DNA of 53,356 nt from a virus (taxonomy: Duplodnaviria; Caudoviricetes): positions 1 through 53,356 of IMG/VR virus record IMGVR_UViG_3300038548_000358; one strand, given 5' to 3'. The stretch's first letter is position 1; the number at the start of each line of letters is the position of its first letter. Position numbers and translations under genes: made by a program. The notes under the pieces are model-generated. The model searched no databases. It was not told the origin of the DNA and saw only the letters and a program-made list of their open reading frames with translations. Below are positions 29,807-38,791 of this stretch, piece after piece.

Positions 29807-30116
29807 CTTTGCTCCATTTTTGTGATGGGTGATTTCTCGCCATGATCCGATTTTGGATATTATGTATATCCCTTTTGTGCTCAGTCATGTCATCAGGGTG
29901 TACCTCCTTGAGTAGGATCAAGATGTTCCACAGCGTTGCGGTTGCCTCTAGGGCTTGCTTTTCTAGGTCTACATCGGGCTGCTCCTTTTTATCAATACCT
30001 AAAAAGTCCCTAGTCTTTTTAACCTCAGCTAAAAATCCCCTAACCTCTTCGGCCCTTTCACTCGGTACGGTCCCACCATGCAGGGCTGCGTCTTTTATAA
30101 GTTCTAAAGTATTCAT
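29796..30116 (-). CDS. Hypothetical protein
   Basis: Tiled ORF. Confidence 0.6.
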   Translation of the reverse strand: MNTLELIKDAALHGGTVPSERAEEVRGFLAEVKKTRDFLGIDKKEQPDVDLEKQALEATATLWNILILLKEVHPDDMTEHKRDIHNIQNRIMARNHPSQKWSKDGN

Positions 30117-30263
30117 ACTATTGCCATTTATCAGGATTGTACATACCCTCGCCTGGTTTAGCCAGTCGGGCTTTCTTACCTGATTGTTTCTCTTGCTTTT
30201 TCGCCTTGTCTAAGGCCTTTTGTGCCAACTCTCTGGCTGTTTGTTTTACCATAACTCAGTTAT

Positions 30264-30554
30264 TTAGATTTGTAATATGTAAGTTTCATACATATAATTT
30301 ATGTACTCACAATCATCTGCGTTCACTTCGGAGTAACTGCCCCTATCTTGGTATCTGTAGACCCCGTCACCGTGTTGAAAACCATACTCAATAATACTAA
30401 GCACTGCTCTTGCGCAAGCTGTTTTGGTGCCTTTTTCTACCGCCTCCATTAAGTGCTCCTCAATCACCATCCCTCCTGTCAGATCCTCGGGCACTTCGTA
30501 CATAGCTATAAGTTTGTTGTAGTCCTGCACTATCTTCTTATGGTTTAGTCTCAT
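30264..30554 (-). CDS. Hypothetical protein
   Basis: Tiled ORF. Confidence 0.6.
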   Translation of the reverse strand: MRLNHKKIVQDYNKLIAMYEVPEDLTGGMVIEEHLMEAVEKGTKTACARAVLSIIEYGFQHGDGVYRYQDRGSYSEVNADDCEYINYMYETYILQI

Positions 30555-30937
30555 TATTTCTTAGCTTTAACTATTAGAATTGAGTGTTTAGATGAGCCAA
30601 ACCCTGTTGGCTGGTGCATCACATCGGCCAAGGACGTTTGTCGCTTCCCGTTGCATAGATACCACCCACAGTGTAGCTTTTGCCTACCATTTCGAGATGG
30701 GTTCTGTTGGTTATACTCTCCAAATTTCACAGTGAACTTACCAAAATGGGGGTTTGCACTTATCTTTAAAAGTGTCCCCCCAGAAATATCCTGATCGTTG
30801 TCATCCTTATAAGGAGTCTTTTTACTCTCAAAGAAATCAGCGATTTGCTGTTTGCACGCATCCTCGTTGTTAAGGAATGCAGCGGGGTCACATATCCATG
30901 CGAATATGAGATCGTTCAATTTGTCTTGCTTAGCCAT
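30554..30937 (-). CDS. Hypothetical protein
   Basis: Tiled ORF. Confidence 0.6.
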   Translation of the reverse strand: MAKQDKLNDLIFAWICDPAAFLNNEDACKQQIADFFESKKTPYKDDNDQDISGGTLLKISANPHFGKFTVKFGEYNQQNPSRNGRQKLHCGWYLCNGKRQTSLADVMHQPTGFGSSKHSILIVKAKK

Positions 30938-30939
30938 AG

Positions 30940-31149
30940 TTATTTTTTAGATTTACGATTGACATGAGCAGTTATCTCCTCATGCGTTGCCTCCTTTATA
31001 TACGTATTTTTTAAGGCAAACATATATGTTTTATCATGGTTGTCTATTCTCCATGAGTTAGGGTTCGACGTATTATCCAATACTCTTGCGATAAAAGGTT
31101 CGGGGGCATTGCCTTTGAACCATGCGTAAAATACAAATGCTTGTTTCAT
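30940..31149 (-). CDS. Hypothetical protein
   Basis: Tiled ORF. Confidence 0.55.
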   Translation of the reverse strand: MKQAFVFYAWFKGNAPEPFIARVLDNTSNPNSWRIDNHDKTYMFALKNTYIKEATHEEITAHVNRKSKK

Positions 31150-31536
31150 ATCGTTTAAAGATTTTTTAGTTTATGTGAGTTACTGAAACAATACCCCTGA
31201 GGTCTCCATTATCCTCGACAAATTGCCCAATGGCTAATAGTATGCTTGGGCAATCATACGTCACCTCGCAGGCTATGCCTCGCTCCAAATAGTGTATTCC
31301 GTATGTTCTCATTAGTTCACGTTGTTTAAAATTATTGCTATGCAAAGTACAGCCAACACAGTTGCTAGGAGTGCGGTCACTACGATGTAGGTTTTACCAA
31401 ATACATTGGTCTTGTTGAATGTTGCTCTTAAAATTGTTAATTTTGCTTTCATAATACATAAATTTAGATAGTGTTTCGGGGACTTAAATCTGGTACCCTA
31501 CTCCTTATAAGCTAAAATCGTACCGTTTTAGTATTC

Positions 31537-31544
31537 CAAAGATA
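31537..31544 (-). promoter_or_regulatory. -7 promoter box TATCTTTG
   Basis: Consensus match in an intergenic gap. Confidence 0.7.
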
Positions 31545-31603
31545 TACTATTTTTATTTAATATGAAAGTTTTTATATAAAATATGTGAAATAAAGTTTTT
31601 ATG

Positions 31604-32308
31604 TTAATAAAGCTCATCGTTTTTAAAATCGAATATCCTGTCCTGAGCTATTCCAAAATACTTATCATCCATCTCGATCCCTATAAAATTACGATTAGTG
31701 TTTACACAAGCTACTCCAGTCGACCCACTGCCCATAGTAAAATCTAAAACAGTTTCGTTCTCGTTGGTGTATGTTTTAATTAAATACTCCATCAAAGCAG
31801 TTGGTTTTTGTGTGGGGTGTAGGCCTCTCTCACCTATGAACTCAAGGACATCCGTAGGGTAGTTTGTGTAATGGGATATGTTCTCCTTTCCGTGAGCTCC
31901 ATTCGTTTCTGTCGAGTTGCTACGCTTGTTTATCCTTGTCTTTTTAATTAGCCCCTGCGGGTTGTAGGCTTTTACATTAAAAACGCTTATTCTCTCAGTT
32001 TTCCGTAAGGGCTGCCTCTTTGCATTGAGGAAGTTTACGGGTCTTTTCATCCACACCCAATCATATTTATAATTCTTAATATTGCTCATCCTTAAAGCAC
32101 TACTAAACGGCTCAGAGCCAAACAAAACGATTGCACCGTTTGGTTTTATGATCCTGTTCAGCTGTTCCCACATTAAGTCAAAAGGAATAACACTGTCCCA
32201 CTTACAGGCTGTTGTGCCGTAGGGTGGGTCTGCTATGATGGCATCAATGCTGCCACTTTCTATTTTGTCGCTCTCTACGAGGCAGTCCCCTTTATATAAC
32301 TGTATCAT
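31604..32308 (-). CDS. Orphan amino-DNA methyltransferase (N6/N4, beta class)
   Basis: DPPY, HPTQKP, LDFTMGSGSTG motifs. Confidence 0.95.
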   Translation of the reverse strand: MIQLYKGDCLVESDKIESGSIDAIIADPPYGTTACKWDSVIPFDLMWEQLNRIIKPNGAIVLFGSEPFSSALRMSNIKNYKYDWVWMKRPVNFLNAKRQPLRKTERISVFNVKAYNPQGLIKKTRINKRSNSTETNGAHGKENISHYTNYPTDVLEFIGERGLHPTQKPTALMEYLIKTYTNENETVLDFTMGSGSTGVACVNTNRNFIGIEMDDKYFGIAQDRIFDFKNDELY

Positions 32309-32322
32309 ATTTTCTCTTTATT

Positions 32323-33108
32323 TTAGTAAAGTTCGTCACTCGGTTCCATCTCTAAGTGTGTCACGATCCTGTATATTTTCCTAGTAAGGTAAACATCATA
32401 CGAGGAGTCGTGCAGCTTAGTCTCATCAACCTCGATGCCTAGCTCCTTGGCTACGCTCATAAGTTTAAAGTTTGGCATCTTGGCTCTCCTTTTCAGTAAA
32501 TACTGAGAGGCCAAGACAATCACGTCAAGCGAGTCGGACCAGAACCAAGAGCCAAAAAAGTCATCTCCATTCTGAATAAACCAAGCTCTGAAAAACTGAT
32601 CGTCAAAAGATCGGTTATTGAACCCAACTAGCCACATCTTATCCTTTTTCTCATATCTATTGACGTGTCTACCTAGTAGATCCAACATGTCTCTGTATAT
32701 CGCACCCATTGCTGGGTAGGCTAAGATCTGCTGCTCAGTTACTCCACCAATGTCCATGGCTTCCTGTTCGATCTTCGCCTTAGGGTTTGGGCGTACTCGA
32801 AAGTCAAATCGCTCGACTATGATGTCATCCACTTCGATGTATCCAGAAATCTGGTGTACTCCATGTTTATTCGTCTTAAGTCCGGTAGTCTCTAAATCAA
32901 AGAACATCTTAACAATGCTGTCCTTGGTGCTCTCTGGGATCACGTTGAACAAAGCTGTACTCTGAGCAAGGTATCGGTTCAGGTAGTTAACTTGGCTCAT
33001 GTCCATGGATCTCAGGTCAGGTTTACTGCCGTGCATATATAGGATAGGCGTGCCATTCTTATAGATGACATTGTTCATCCTGCTGTAGTTATCTTCGTGG
33101 TTAAGCAT
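32323..33108 (-). CDS. DEDDh 3'-5' exonuclease (DnaQ-like) with N-terminal extension
   Basis: FFDLETTG, GFNN.SFD, LHDSSYD motifs. Confidence 0.9.
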   Translation of the reverse strand: MLNHEDNYSRMNNVIYKNGTPILYMHGSKPDLRSMDMSQVNYLNRYLAQSTALFNVIPESTKDSIVKMFFDLETTGLKTNKHGVHQISGYIEVDDIIVERFDFRVRPNPKAKIEQEAMDIGGVTEQQILAYPAMGAIYRDMLDLLGRHVNRYEKKDKMWLVGFNNRSFDDQFFRAWFIQNGDDFFGSWFWSDSLDVIVLASQYLLKRRAKMPNFKLMSVAKELGIEVDETKLHDSSYDVYLTRKIYRIVTHLEMEPSDELY

Positions 33109-33392
33109 CTGTGTTGATTATTTTAAAGATTTGTATGGCTATGCCGTAGCTGATTGCTAGCACTGCGATTATAGATGTAATGATAGTGATTGCGTTTCTC
33201 CATAAGAAACTCTTGAAGGCTTTTATAGTCATAGGTTCTAAAGGTTACCCCCGTACAGGGAATTAATTTCTTTCTGTTTCTGGTCAGCTTCTAGGGCTGC
33301 CTCTAATTCTATGTAGTCATTCACCCATTTTTCATAGGCTGGCTCTCTTTTTTGACGTGCTGACTTTTTTAAGTTGTTTGAGCTCATAAGTT

Positions 33393-34127
33393 CTAAAATT
33401 TAAAATCTTTAGGTGGTTTGGCTTCGTAAAGCTCATTTAGTTCCTTTTTAATCACGGCCATCCTCTCGTAGTTCTCGACAGGTAGGCACTCTTGCATTTC
33501 CCTATGTAATCGGTTTATCTTGTCTAAGATGTGCTCTTCTGCATACATGTCCTTGACCCAAGTGGCTGCTTTTGGGTTGAAATCTAAATGTACGTGACCT
33601 TCTCGGTGACTTTTCCAATCTCCTGGAGGGTTTATTCTGTGTTTATCTCCTTCTCTAGATATGTAGTACTCAAATGAATCCCTGCTGTGGTCTTCGAGGC
33701 GTGGGCTTATTCGTTTACGTAGCTCTCTATCCTCTTCGGTCAATCCATCGACATCCCTTATGGGGCTGTCTGCCTCATCTTTGTAACCCTGGTTTACTTC
33801 AAGCGAAGTCAGTTCCTCTCGTAGTTTCTGAATATCACATCCAATAGACCATTCTTTATCGAAATCCTTATCCTCAGTAGCTCGCATCTGTTTAGTCTCT
33901 AAAAATCTAATACTTTTACGGATTTCAGCCATGGTTCCGTATTTACTTTTTGGTTTATCAACCTCATCCATATACTCCTTAACATCCTCAGCAGCCTCCT
34001 TGGCTAGTCTTTTATTGTTGCCTGTGATAATCCATAGGAACAAACCCGCAAAAACAACACTCATTGCAAAAAACACCACTATTTCTGGGAGTCTTGCATT
34101 TTCGGTTAACATCGGTATATTTTCCAT
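33393..34127 (-). CDS. Hypothetical protein with N-terminal TM and UVR-like motifs
   Basis: TM segment, ATEDKDFD and VENYERMAVIKKEL motifs. Confidence 0.6.
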   Translation of the reverse strand: MENIPMLTENARLPEIVVFFAMSVVFAGLFLWIITGNNKRLAKEAAEDVKEYMDEVDKPKSKYGTMAEIRKSIRFLETKQMRATEDKDFDKEWSIGCDIQKLREELTSLEVNQGYKDEADSPIRDVDGLTEEDRELRKRISPRLEDHSRDSFEYYISREGDKHRINPPGDWKSHREGHVHLDFNPKAATWVKDMYAEEHILDKINRLHREMQECLPVENYERMAVIKKELNELYEAKPPKDFKF

Positions 34128-34140
34128 AGTTTCTAGGTTT

Positions 34141-34218
34141 TAACCCTTACCACGATCACTGCTAATCAATTCAAACAATTATAAGTGCAGCGTCGTGGGT
34201 TTTTCGTGGGTTGTTATT
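34141..34218 (-). ncRNA. Structured RNA motif, copy A (unnamed)
   Basis: Covarying with the copy at 36604-36683. See findings. Confidence 0.6.
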
Positions 34219-34224
34219 AACTTA

Positions 34225-34926
34225 TTATATTACCCCCATCATTCTTGGAAAGTGGGATTTGTTATAGTTCTTTTTAAAATCTTCAAATTTTGTTTTACAT
34301 ACCTTAAATGCTGTTTCGTTTTGGCACATCGGTTGCCCTATGTAGTAAAAATCTTTATCCTCAAACAACCAGTGTGCCGCCGTTAAGTGTGACTCATTTT
34401 TTAGACTCCTAACCTTAGTAAGCCCCTTAAAGCTCGGTTGGTCTTTATGTTCTCTAAATTCTCTAATTAATTCCGCAGGGCTAAGCTTTTTGTTTATTTC
34501 AACAGAAACCTCTAAAGAGGTGAATCCAGAACCTAAACAGTCAAAGCAAACACCCTGAGCATACCAAGCAAACTGAGGCAAATACCCTGTACCGTTACAC
34601 TTTGCACATTTAACAGGCATCTTAATTTCTGCTTTCGATAACTCTTTTACGTCATCCCTAGAAAGGAACCTGCCGACCGTAGTCAAAACGTCGATTGGCT
34701 CAACCGTAGAACCGTTGGGCATTTTAAACTGTGTAGCTTTACCGAAACCAGATACCCTAATATTCCATTTAAAACCGTTTTTGGTTTGTCTTATAAAACC
34801 AGTAGGCACTAATATAATCTTAACCGTATTATTCTTTAAAAGAGCGTTTAATTGCTTAACTGCACGGTTTCTGTTGTCATACTGCCCGCTGTGTCCTGCT
34901 TCTGTTAAAATGTCTTGGATTGTCAT
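34225..34926 (-). CDS. Hypothetical protein with DnaJ-type CxxCxGxG zinc finger
   Basis: CAKCNGTG...CFDCLGSG. Confidence 0.7.
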   Translation of the reverse strand: MTIQDILTEAGHSGQYDNRNRAVKQLNALLKNNTVKIILVPTGFIRQTKNGFKWNIRVSGFGKATQFKMPNGSTVEPIDVLTTVGRFLSRDDVKELSKAEIKMPVKCAKCNGTGYLPQFAWYAQGVCFDCLGSGFTSLEVSVEINKKLSPAELIREFREHKDQPSFKGLTKVRSLKNESHLTAAHWLFEDKDFYYIGQPMCQNETAFKVCKTKFEDFKKNYNKSHFPRMMGVI

Positions 34927-34947
34927 AATATATCTGTTTTGATACTG

Positions 34948-34955
34948 TAAAGATA
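34948..34955 (-). promoter_or_regulatory. -7 promoter box variant TATCTTTA
   Basis: Same flanks and leader as the 36944 promoter. Confidence 0.65.
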
Positions 34956-35007
34956 CACAATTATATTGAATACGAAAGTTTTTATATAAAAAATATGAAA
35001 AAATGTT

Positions 35008-35346
35008 TTATTCTAGTTCAACCCCTTTTAAGAATTCGTCCACGCCGCCCCCAAAAGTCAGTACCTCTAAAGGCAAGTGTGCCTCTCCTGGGTTTGACAT
35101 ATTGCATCTCTCGCAGGCCCTAACGCACCATTTATTTGGTATGTCTAATTTGTCTACGGGTTTAAAGTCCCCGCCCTCAGATGTCCCTGGGTTCACCTGA
35201 GCGATACCTAGCTCAGAGTCGGCAAAGTACTCCCAGTCATCGAGATTACCTCGTTTAAGTCTTGCCCCTGAACCGAAGGCTTTGTAGCAGTTCTCGTCAC
35301 AGTTGACTTTTGCGTCTTGTCCGAAAAATTTGATTATTGCTTCCAT
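35008..35346 (-). CDS. Hypothetical Cys-containing protein
   Basis: CDENC...WCVRACERC, PGTSEGGD. Confidence 0.6.
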   Translation of the reverse strand: MEAIIKFFGQDAKVNCDENCYKAFGSGARLKRGNLDDWEYFADSELGIAQVNPGTSEGGDFKPVDKLDIPNKWCVRACERCNMSNPGEAHLPLEVLTFGGGVDEFLKGVELE

Positions 35347-35591
35347 TATATTAATGAGTTTAAAATTTCAACTGTTATTTTTGCCTTCTCTTTAGGCGTA
35401 GGCGCTTGGCTAGGAGGTTGCCTCCTTCTTGAGTAAGAAAACTGATGCTTGCATAAGTAGTGGCCATTTAAGGTCTCAGTAAACATCTGAGTTATGCACC
35501 CGAACCAATTCCTTTTAATTATTTTGGCTTGGACCAAGTACTGCTTTTTACCTACTTTTTTCAAAGTGTATTTTTCGATGGTGTGTGACAT
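35346..35591 (-). CDS. Hypothetical protein
   Basis: Tiled ORF. Confidence 0.5.
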   Translation of the reverse strand: MSHTIEKYTLKKVGKKQYLVQAKIIKRNWFGCITQMFTETLNGHYLCKHQFSYSRRRQPPSQAPTPKEKAKITVEILNSLI

Positions 35592-35596
35592 AGTTT

Positions 35597-35821
35597 TTAA
35601 GGTTTAACCGAGGTAATAGATACAAACGCCTCGTTGTATGAGTCAGCAAAATACCCGCAATGTTGAATAGGGGCCGTACAGGATGAGTGCCTAGTTAAAG
35701 GTATTACTGAGCCAAGTACTTTTATGGTGTGCTCAGCCGCTTCTAGTGCCTCCTTAAATCCTTCGAATTTCGAGGTTACTTTTGCTTTTGTGCTGTATAT
35801 TTCAGTTTTCAGTACGTACAT
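35597..35821 (-). CDS. Hypothetical protein
   Basis: Tiled ORF. Confidence 0.5.
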   Translation of the reverse strand: MYVLKTEIYSTKAKVTSKFEGFKEALEAAEHTIKVLGSVIPLTRHSSCTAPIQHCGYFADSYNEAFVSITSVKP

Positions 35822-35826
35822 GGTTT

Positions 35827-36246
35827 CTAATCTTTCCAGTTAACGATATACCCTCCTCGGGACGGGTCGTACTCAGCCTTGGTGACTCCTACTTGTTTAC
35901 CCCCTACGGTGATCTTGAAATCCTCAGCTTTTAGCTCCTTTATATCTATTGCATGCCTTTGTAAAATTCTCAAACTAGACCCCGACCTAGCTGCGTACTC
36001 TTGGATAGGGGCATCAACTTGAACAGTTCTCAGCTTAGCCACCACCAATGCATCTGCAGGAGTAAGTCTCAGGTTGGCCTGATGGGTTTCCATCTTTTTG
36101 CCTGACTTGGTGGTCTCTAGGTAGGCGAATGGCCACACCATCTTTTTAAGCACCCACGTGCTGTAGTGGTTATATCCTCCGATTGTATAAGTTTGACCGA
36201 TAAGGAAATCCTCAGGTATTCGGTCTGCCTCTGTTATTTTAGTCAT
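35827..36246 (-). CDS. Hypothetical protein
   Basis: Tiled ORF. Confidence 0.55.
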   Translation of the reverse strand: MTKITEADRIPEDFLIGQTYTIGGYNHYSTWVLKKMVWPFAYLETTKSGKKMETHQANLRLTPADALVVAKLRTVQVDAPIQEYAARSGSSLRILQRHAIDIKELKAEDFKITVGGKQVGVTKAEYDPSRGGYIVNWKD

Positions 36247-36592
36247 GGTGTAGGTTTTTCATTTCAGCAAAAAACATGTTTAAGAACCTAAGCTCAAGGC
36301 TTGACAGGTTGTCCGTGGTCTTATCATTTACTAGCCACTTACCGTTTTCAAGGGTTACTTTGAGGGTGATTTCCGTTAGCGTTTTCTCAGGGATAGACTT
36401 CATAGAATAAACACCCCAATTATTCACTATCTCGAACTTTTTCCAAGAGTAGGTCGTTACGTCTCTTTTTGATGTGAGTAAGACCATCTCTTTTTCAACA
36501 GTGTCGAAAGGGGTTCCTATTTGTTTTAAAACTTCTTCCTCGAACTGTTCGAAACCATCTGGGTCGTTTCCGATCTCTAAAATATGTATCAT
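36239..36592 (-). CDS. Hypothetical protein
   Basis: Probable start is ATG 36592 (MIHILEIG), downstream of RNA motif copy B. Confidence 0.55.
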   Translation of the reverse strand: MIHILEIGNDPDGFEQFEEEVLKQIGTPFDTVEKEMVLLTSKRDVTTYSWKKFEIVNNWGVYSMKSIPEKTLTEITLKVTLENGKWLVNDKTTDNLSSLELRFLNMFFAEMKNLHHD

Positions 36593-36603
36593 AATTTCTT
36601 TTT

Positions 36604-36683
36604 TAATCCCATTACCGCAATCTCTGTGTGGAAAATTCACTTTGAATAAGTACAGAGCTGCGGGCTTGTCGTGGGTTGTTATT
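36604..36683 (-). ncRNA. Structured RNA motif, copy B (unnamed)
   Basis: Covarying with the copy at 34141-34218. Confidence 0.6.
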
Positions 36684-36685
36684 GT

Positions 36686-36922
36686 TTAGTAGCCTAAAGA
36701 CTTAACCATCCCTTGCGTCAAGTGGTTAAGATAGTGAAATACATCACCGTTTAAAAAATCTATTTTTACTAAGGTTGCTCTTATTTGTGCGTGGTACTGA
36801 GGTGCAGCCTCTATGAAATCAACTAACATGCTATAGGTTAATCCAAAATGCCCATCTATCTGGATCTCTTGGTCTAAGCTTGTTCCTTTTTCTGTTATTA
36901 AGTTGATTAAGTAAGTTTTCAT
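36686..36922 (-). CDS. Hypothetical promoter-proximal (early-type) protein
   Basis: Start ATG 36922 (MKTYLINL) after the shared leader. Contains TLVKIDFLNGDVFHYL. Confidence 0.65.
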   Translation of the reverse strand: MKTYLINLITEKGTSLDQEIQIDGHFGLTYSMLVDFIEAAPQYHAQIRATLVKIDFLNGDVFHYLNHLTQGMVKSLGY

Positions 36923-36943
36923 AATATATCTGTTTTGATATTT

Positions 36944-36951
36944 CAAAGATA
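36944..36951 (-). promoter_or_regulatory. -7 promoter box TATCTTTG
   Basis: Consensus match, with TTG about 20 nt upstream. Confidence 0.75.
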
Positions 36952-37004
36952 CACCTTTATTCCAATAAACAATACTTTATTTTAAAAATAAGTGAAAAAA
37001 AGTT

Positions 37005-37439
37005 TTAATCGTCTGTGGAACCAAAGCTCCCAGCTCCTCTTTTTGTCCTTCCTGCGAATAACTGAGTGTTGTCAACTACGCATATATTCTCGTAGGACAC
37101 AGGCACGAGGATAAACTGTACCACCTTCTCACCTGGTGCAACTGATACGATTGTATCACCTACGTTAATTAAGTGCAGGTGGATCTCTCCTTGGTAGTCC
37201 TCATCGGACACCTGAGCACCTACGATCAAACTTTTATTTACGCTGATTCCTGACTTGTTGGCTGCCATGAGCATCATATCTCTCGGTATCCTTGCACGTA
37301 TTCCCGAAGGGATCAGGACAGACTCTCCAGGATGGATCTCCTCAGGGATGTAGTTATTTGGGATAAAGAAGTCAATACCAGCCGATTTCTCAGTGGCTCT
37401 ACTTGGTGTTTTTACGTCTCTTATTATTGCTATGTTCAT
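37005..37439 (-). CDS. dut: dUTPase (trimeric)
   Basis: SAGIDF, KSG, DEDYQGEI, RGAGSFGST motifs. Confidence 0.95.
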   Translation of the reverse strand: MNIAIIRDVKTPSRATEKSAGIDFFIPNNYIPEEIHPGESVLIPSGIRARIPRDMMLMAANKSGISVNKSLIVGAQVSDEDYQGEIHLHLINVGDTIVSVAPGEKVVQFILVPVSYENICVVDNTQLFAGRTKRGAGSFGSTDD

Positions 37440-37461
37440 TTTATTGGGTTGGGTTGGGTTT

Positions 37462-37689
37462 TTATTGGTTGATAATCTCCACGTTGCACCTATATTCGTT
37501 CACGAGAGGATCTAAGTCTGAGCAGTCACAATGTTGTTTAGCTAATTTTTTAAAACTACTTGGGTCTACCTGATATAGCAGGGTGACTTTAGCACTATCG
37601 TAAATATATGCTTTTGCCTTGTAAAACTCCCCGACGTTAGGGAATACGCACCCGTGTTCTGAGTCATCTTTTATTATCTTTACTATCAT
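37462..37689 (-). CDS. Hypothetical protein
   Basis: Tiled ORF. Confidence 0.5.
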   Translation of the reverse strand: MIVKIIKDDSEHGCVFPNVGEFYKAKAYIYDSAKVTLLYQVDPSSFKKLAKQHCDCSDLDPLVNEYRCNVEIINQ

Positions 37690-37708
37690 AGTTTCTAATG
37701 TTTATAGT

Positions 37709-37957
37709 CTAATTGTTTCGCCAAACCTTAATACTGTGTCCAGCTATTATCTTCATCTTAGATCCATCTAACCATATAAAAGCCTCTTTATTGGTTATGA
37801 ATTGAATGCTATCACAGTCAAAATGAGACATGTTTCTGTCCCAAGTAGAGTAGGTGTTATACATAACCACTTGAAATCTGGGTCTTTTTGTTTTTTCTAC
37901 ATCATTACATGATACGAATCCAATAAACATTAATATTAATAAAATAAATTTCTTCAT
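37709..37957 (-). CDS. Lipoprotein
   Basis: MKKFILLILMFIGFVS-C lipobox followed by NDVE. Confidence 0.7.
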   Translation of the reverse strand: MKKFILLILMFIGFVSCNDVEKTKRPRFQVVMYNTYSTWDRNMSHFDCDSIQFITNKEAFIWLDGSKMKIIAGHSIKVWRNN

Positions 37958-37981
37958 AATTCCTATTTTTTATGTTGGTTT

Positions 37982-38356
37982 TTAAAATGGTACTGCGTTA
38001 TCCTTATGCATCTTAGCTGAGTTTTCAGCTAGTGACATTATTTGTATATTATCGTAGGAGTAACCTTTTAATGGGTCGACCCTATCTATGGAGGCTGAGC
38101 CAGCCTTTTTGCCTCTGAGGTTTAAATAGTTGGTCTCTTTACAGAACAGCTTAAACTCATCCAACGTAAGGGTAAACAATATTTTTCGCCTACCTGCGTT
38201 CGATTTAGCGTTGTTGTACACATAGGATACCTCGTTCTTTTCCTTCTGGTATCGCTTGCTATGCTTGGAGCAAAACCTGTCCTTTTTGGAGTGGTCGTTC
38301 GTGCACCTGTATGCCTTGCATAGCCTTGCCTTTTTAGTCTCTATGATTTTAAACAC
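37982..38356 (-). CDS. HNH-like endonuclease
   Basis: SIDRVDPLKGYSYDNIQIMSLAEN motif and an N-terminal C..C..CxxH cluster. Start uncertain (GTG 38356). Confidence 0.7.
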   Translation of the reverse strand: MFKIIETKKARLCKAYRCTNDHSKKDRFCSKHSKRYQKEKNEVSYVYNNAKSNAGRRKILFTLTLDEFKLFCKETNYLNLRGKKAGSASIDRVDPLKGYSYDNIQIMSLAENSAKMHKDNAVPF

Positions 38357-38669
38357 GGAGTTTCCTTTCTTCGGTGGGTATGTTGTTTTCTGTGGCGTAT
38401 TGCCTAGCGTACTCCATGCCTCTGCTGTATCCGTAATCGATATAAAATACATGTAGTTCAGCCACTTCCTTCCAAGCTAACCCTGCATCGATACCCCACT
38501 TTCTCTCTTCTGGTATGCTATCCTGCAATATGCCTAGTTGAGTATAAAGTAAATGACTAGCAATAGGGGCCTCTCCTCGTGTGAGGCTGTCTCGTACACA
38601 TGCTCTAGCATATTCTATGTTTCGATCTACGTCACCCGCATAGGGGCTCTCTAAAATTACTCGTTTCAT
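38349..38669 (-). CDS. DUF4406-like / nucleoside deoxyribosyltransferase-fold phage protein
   Basis: ILESPYAGD, PIASHLLY, SRGM motifs. Confidence 0.7.
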   Translation of the reverse strand: MKRVILESPYAGDVDRNIEYARACVRDSLTRGEAPIASHLLYTQLGILQDSIPEERKWGIDAGLAWKEVAELHVFYIDYGYSRGMEYARQYATENNIPTEERKLRV

Positions 38670-38791
38670 TTTGATTCAGTTATTAAGCTCAAGAGTATTT
38701 CTAGCTTCTCTTCGCTGTTGATTTTAAGTTGGTCAACCCTCAGTACTTCTTTTCCTTTAGGGTCGTGTATGATGATTGAGTGCATTGTTAT

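Noticed and set aside
31460-31515. Hammerhead ribozyme (CTTATAAG...CGAAAC)
   Set aside because: The core lacks the required CUGANGA.
37982-38005. C-terminal DNAVPF as a host SSB-tail (DDIPF) mimic
   Set aside because: Weakly acidic single instance that could easily arise by chance.
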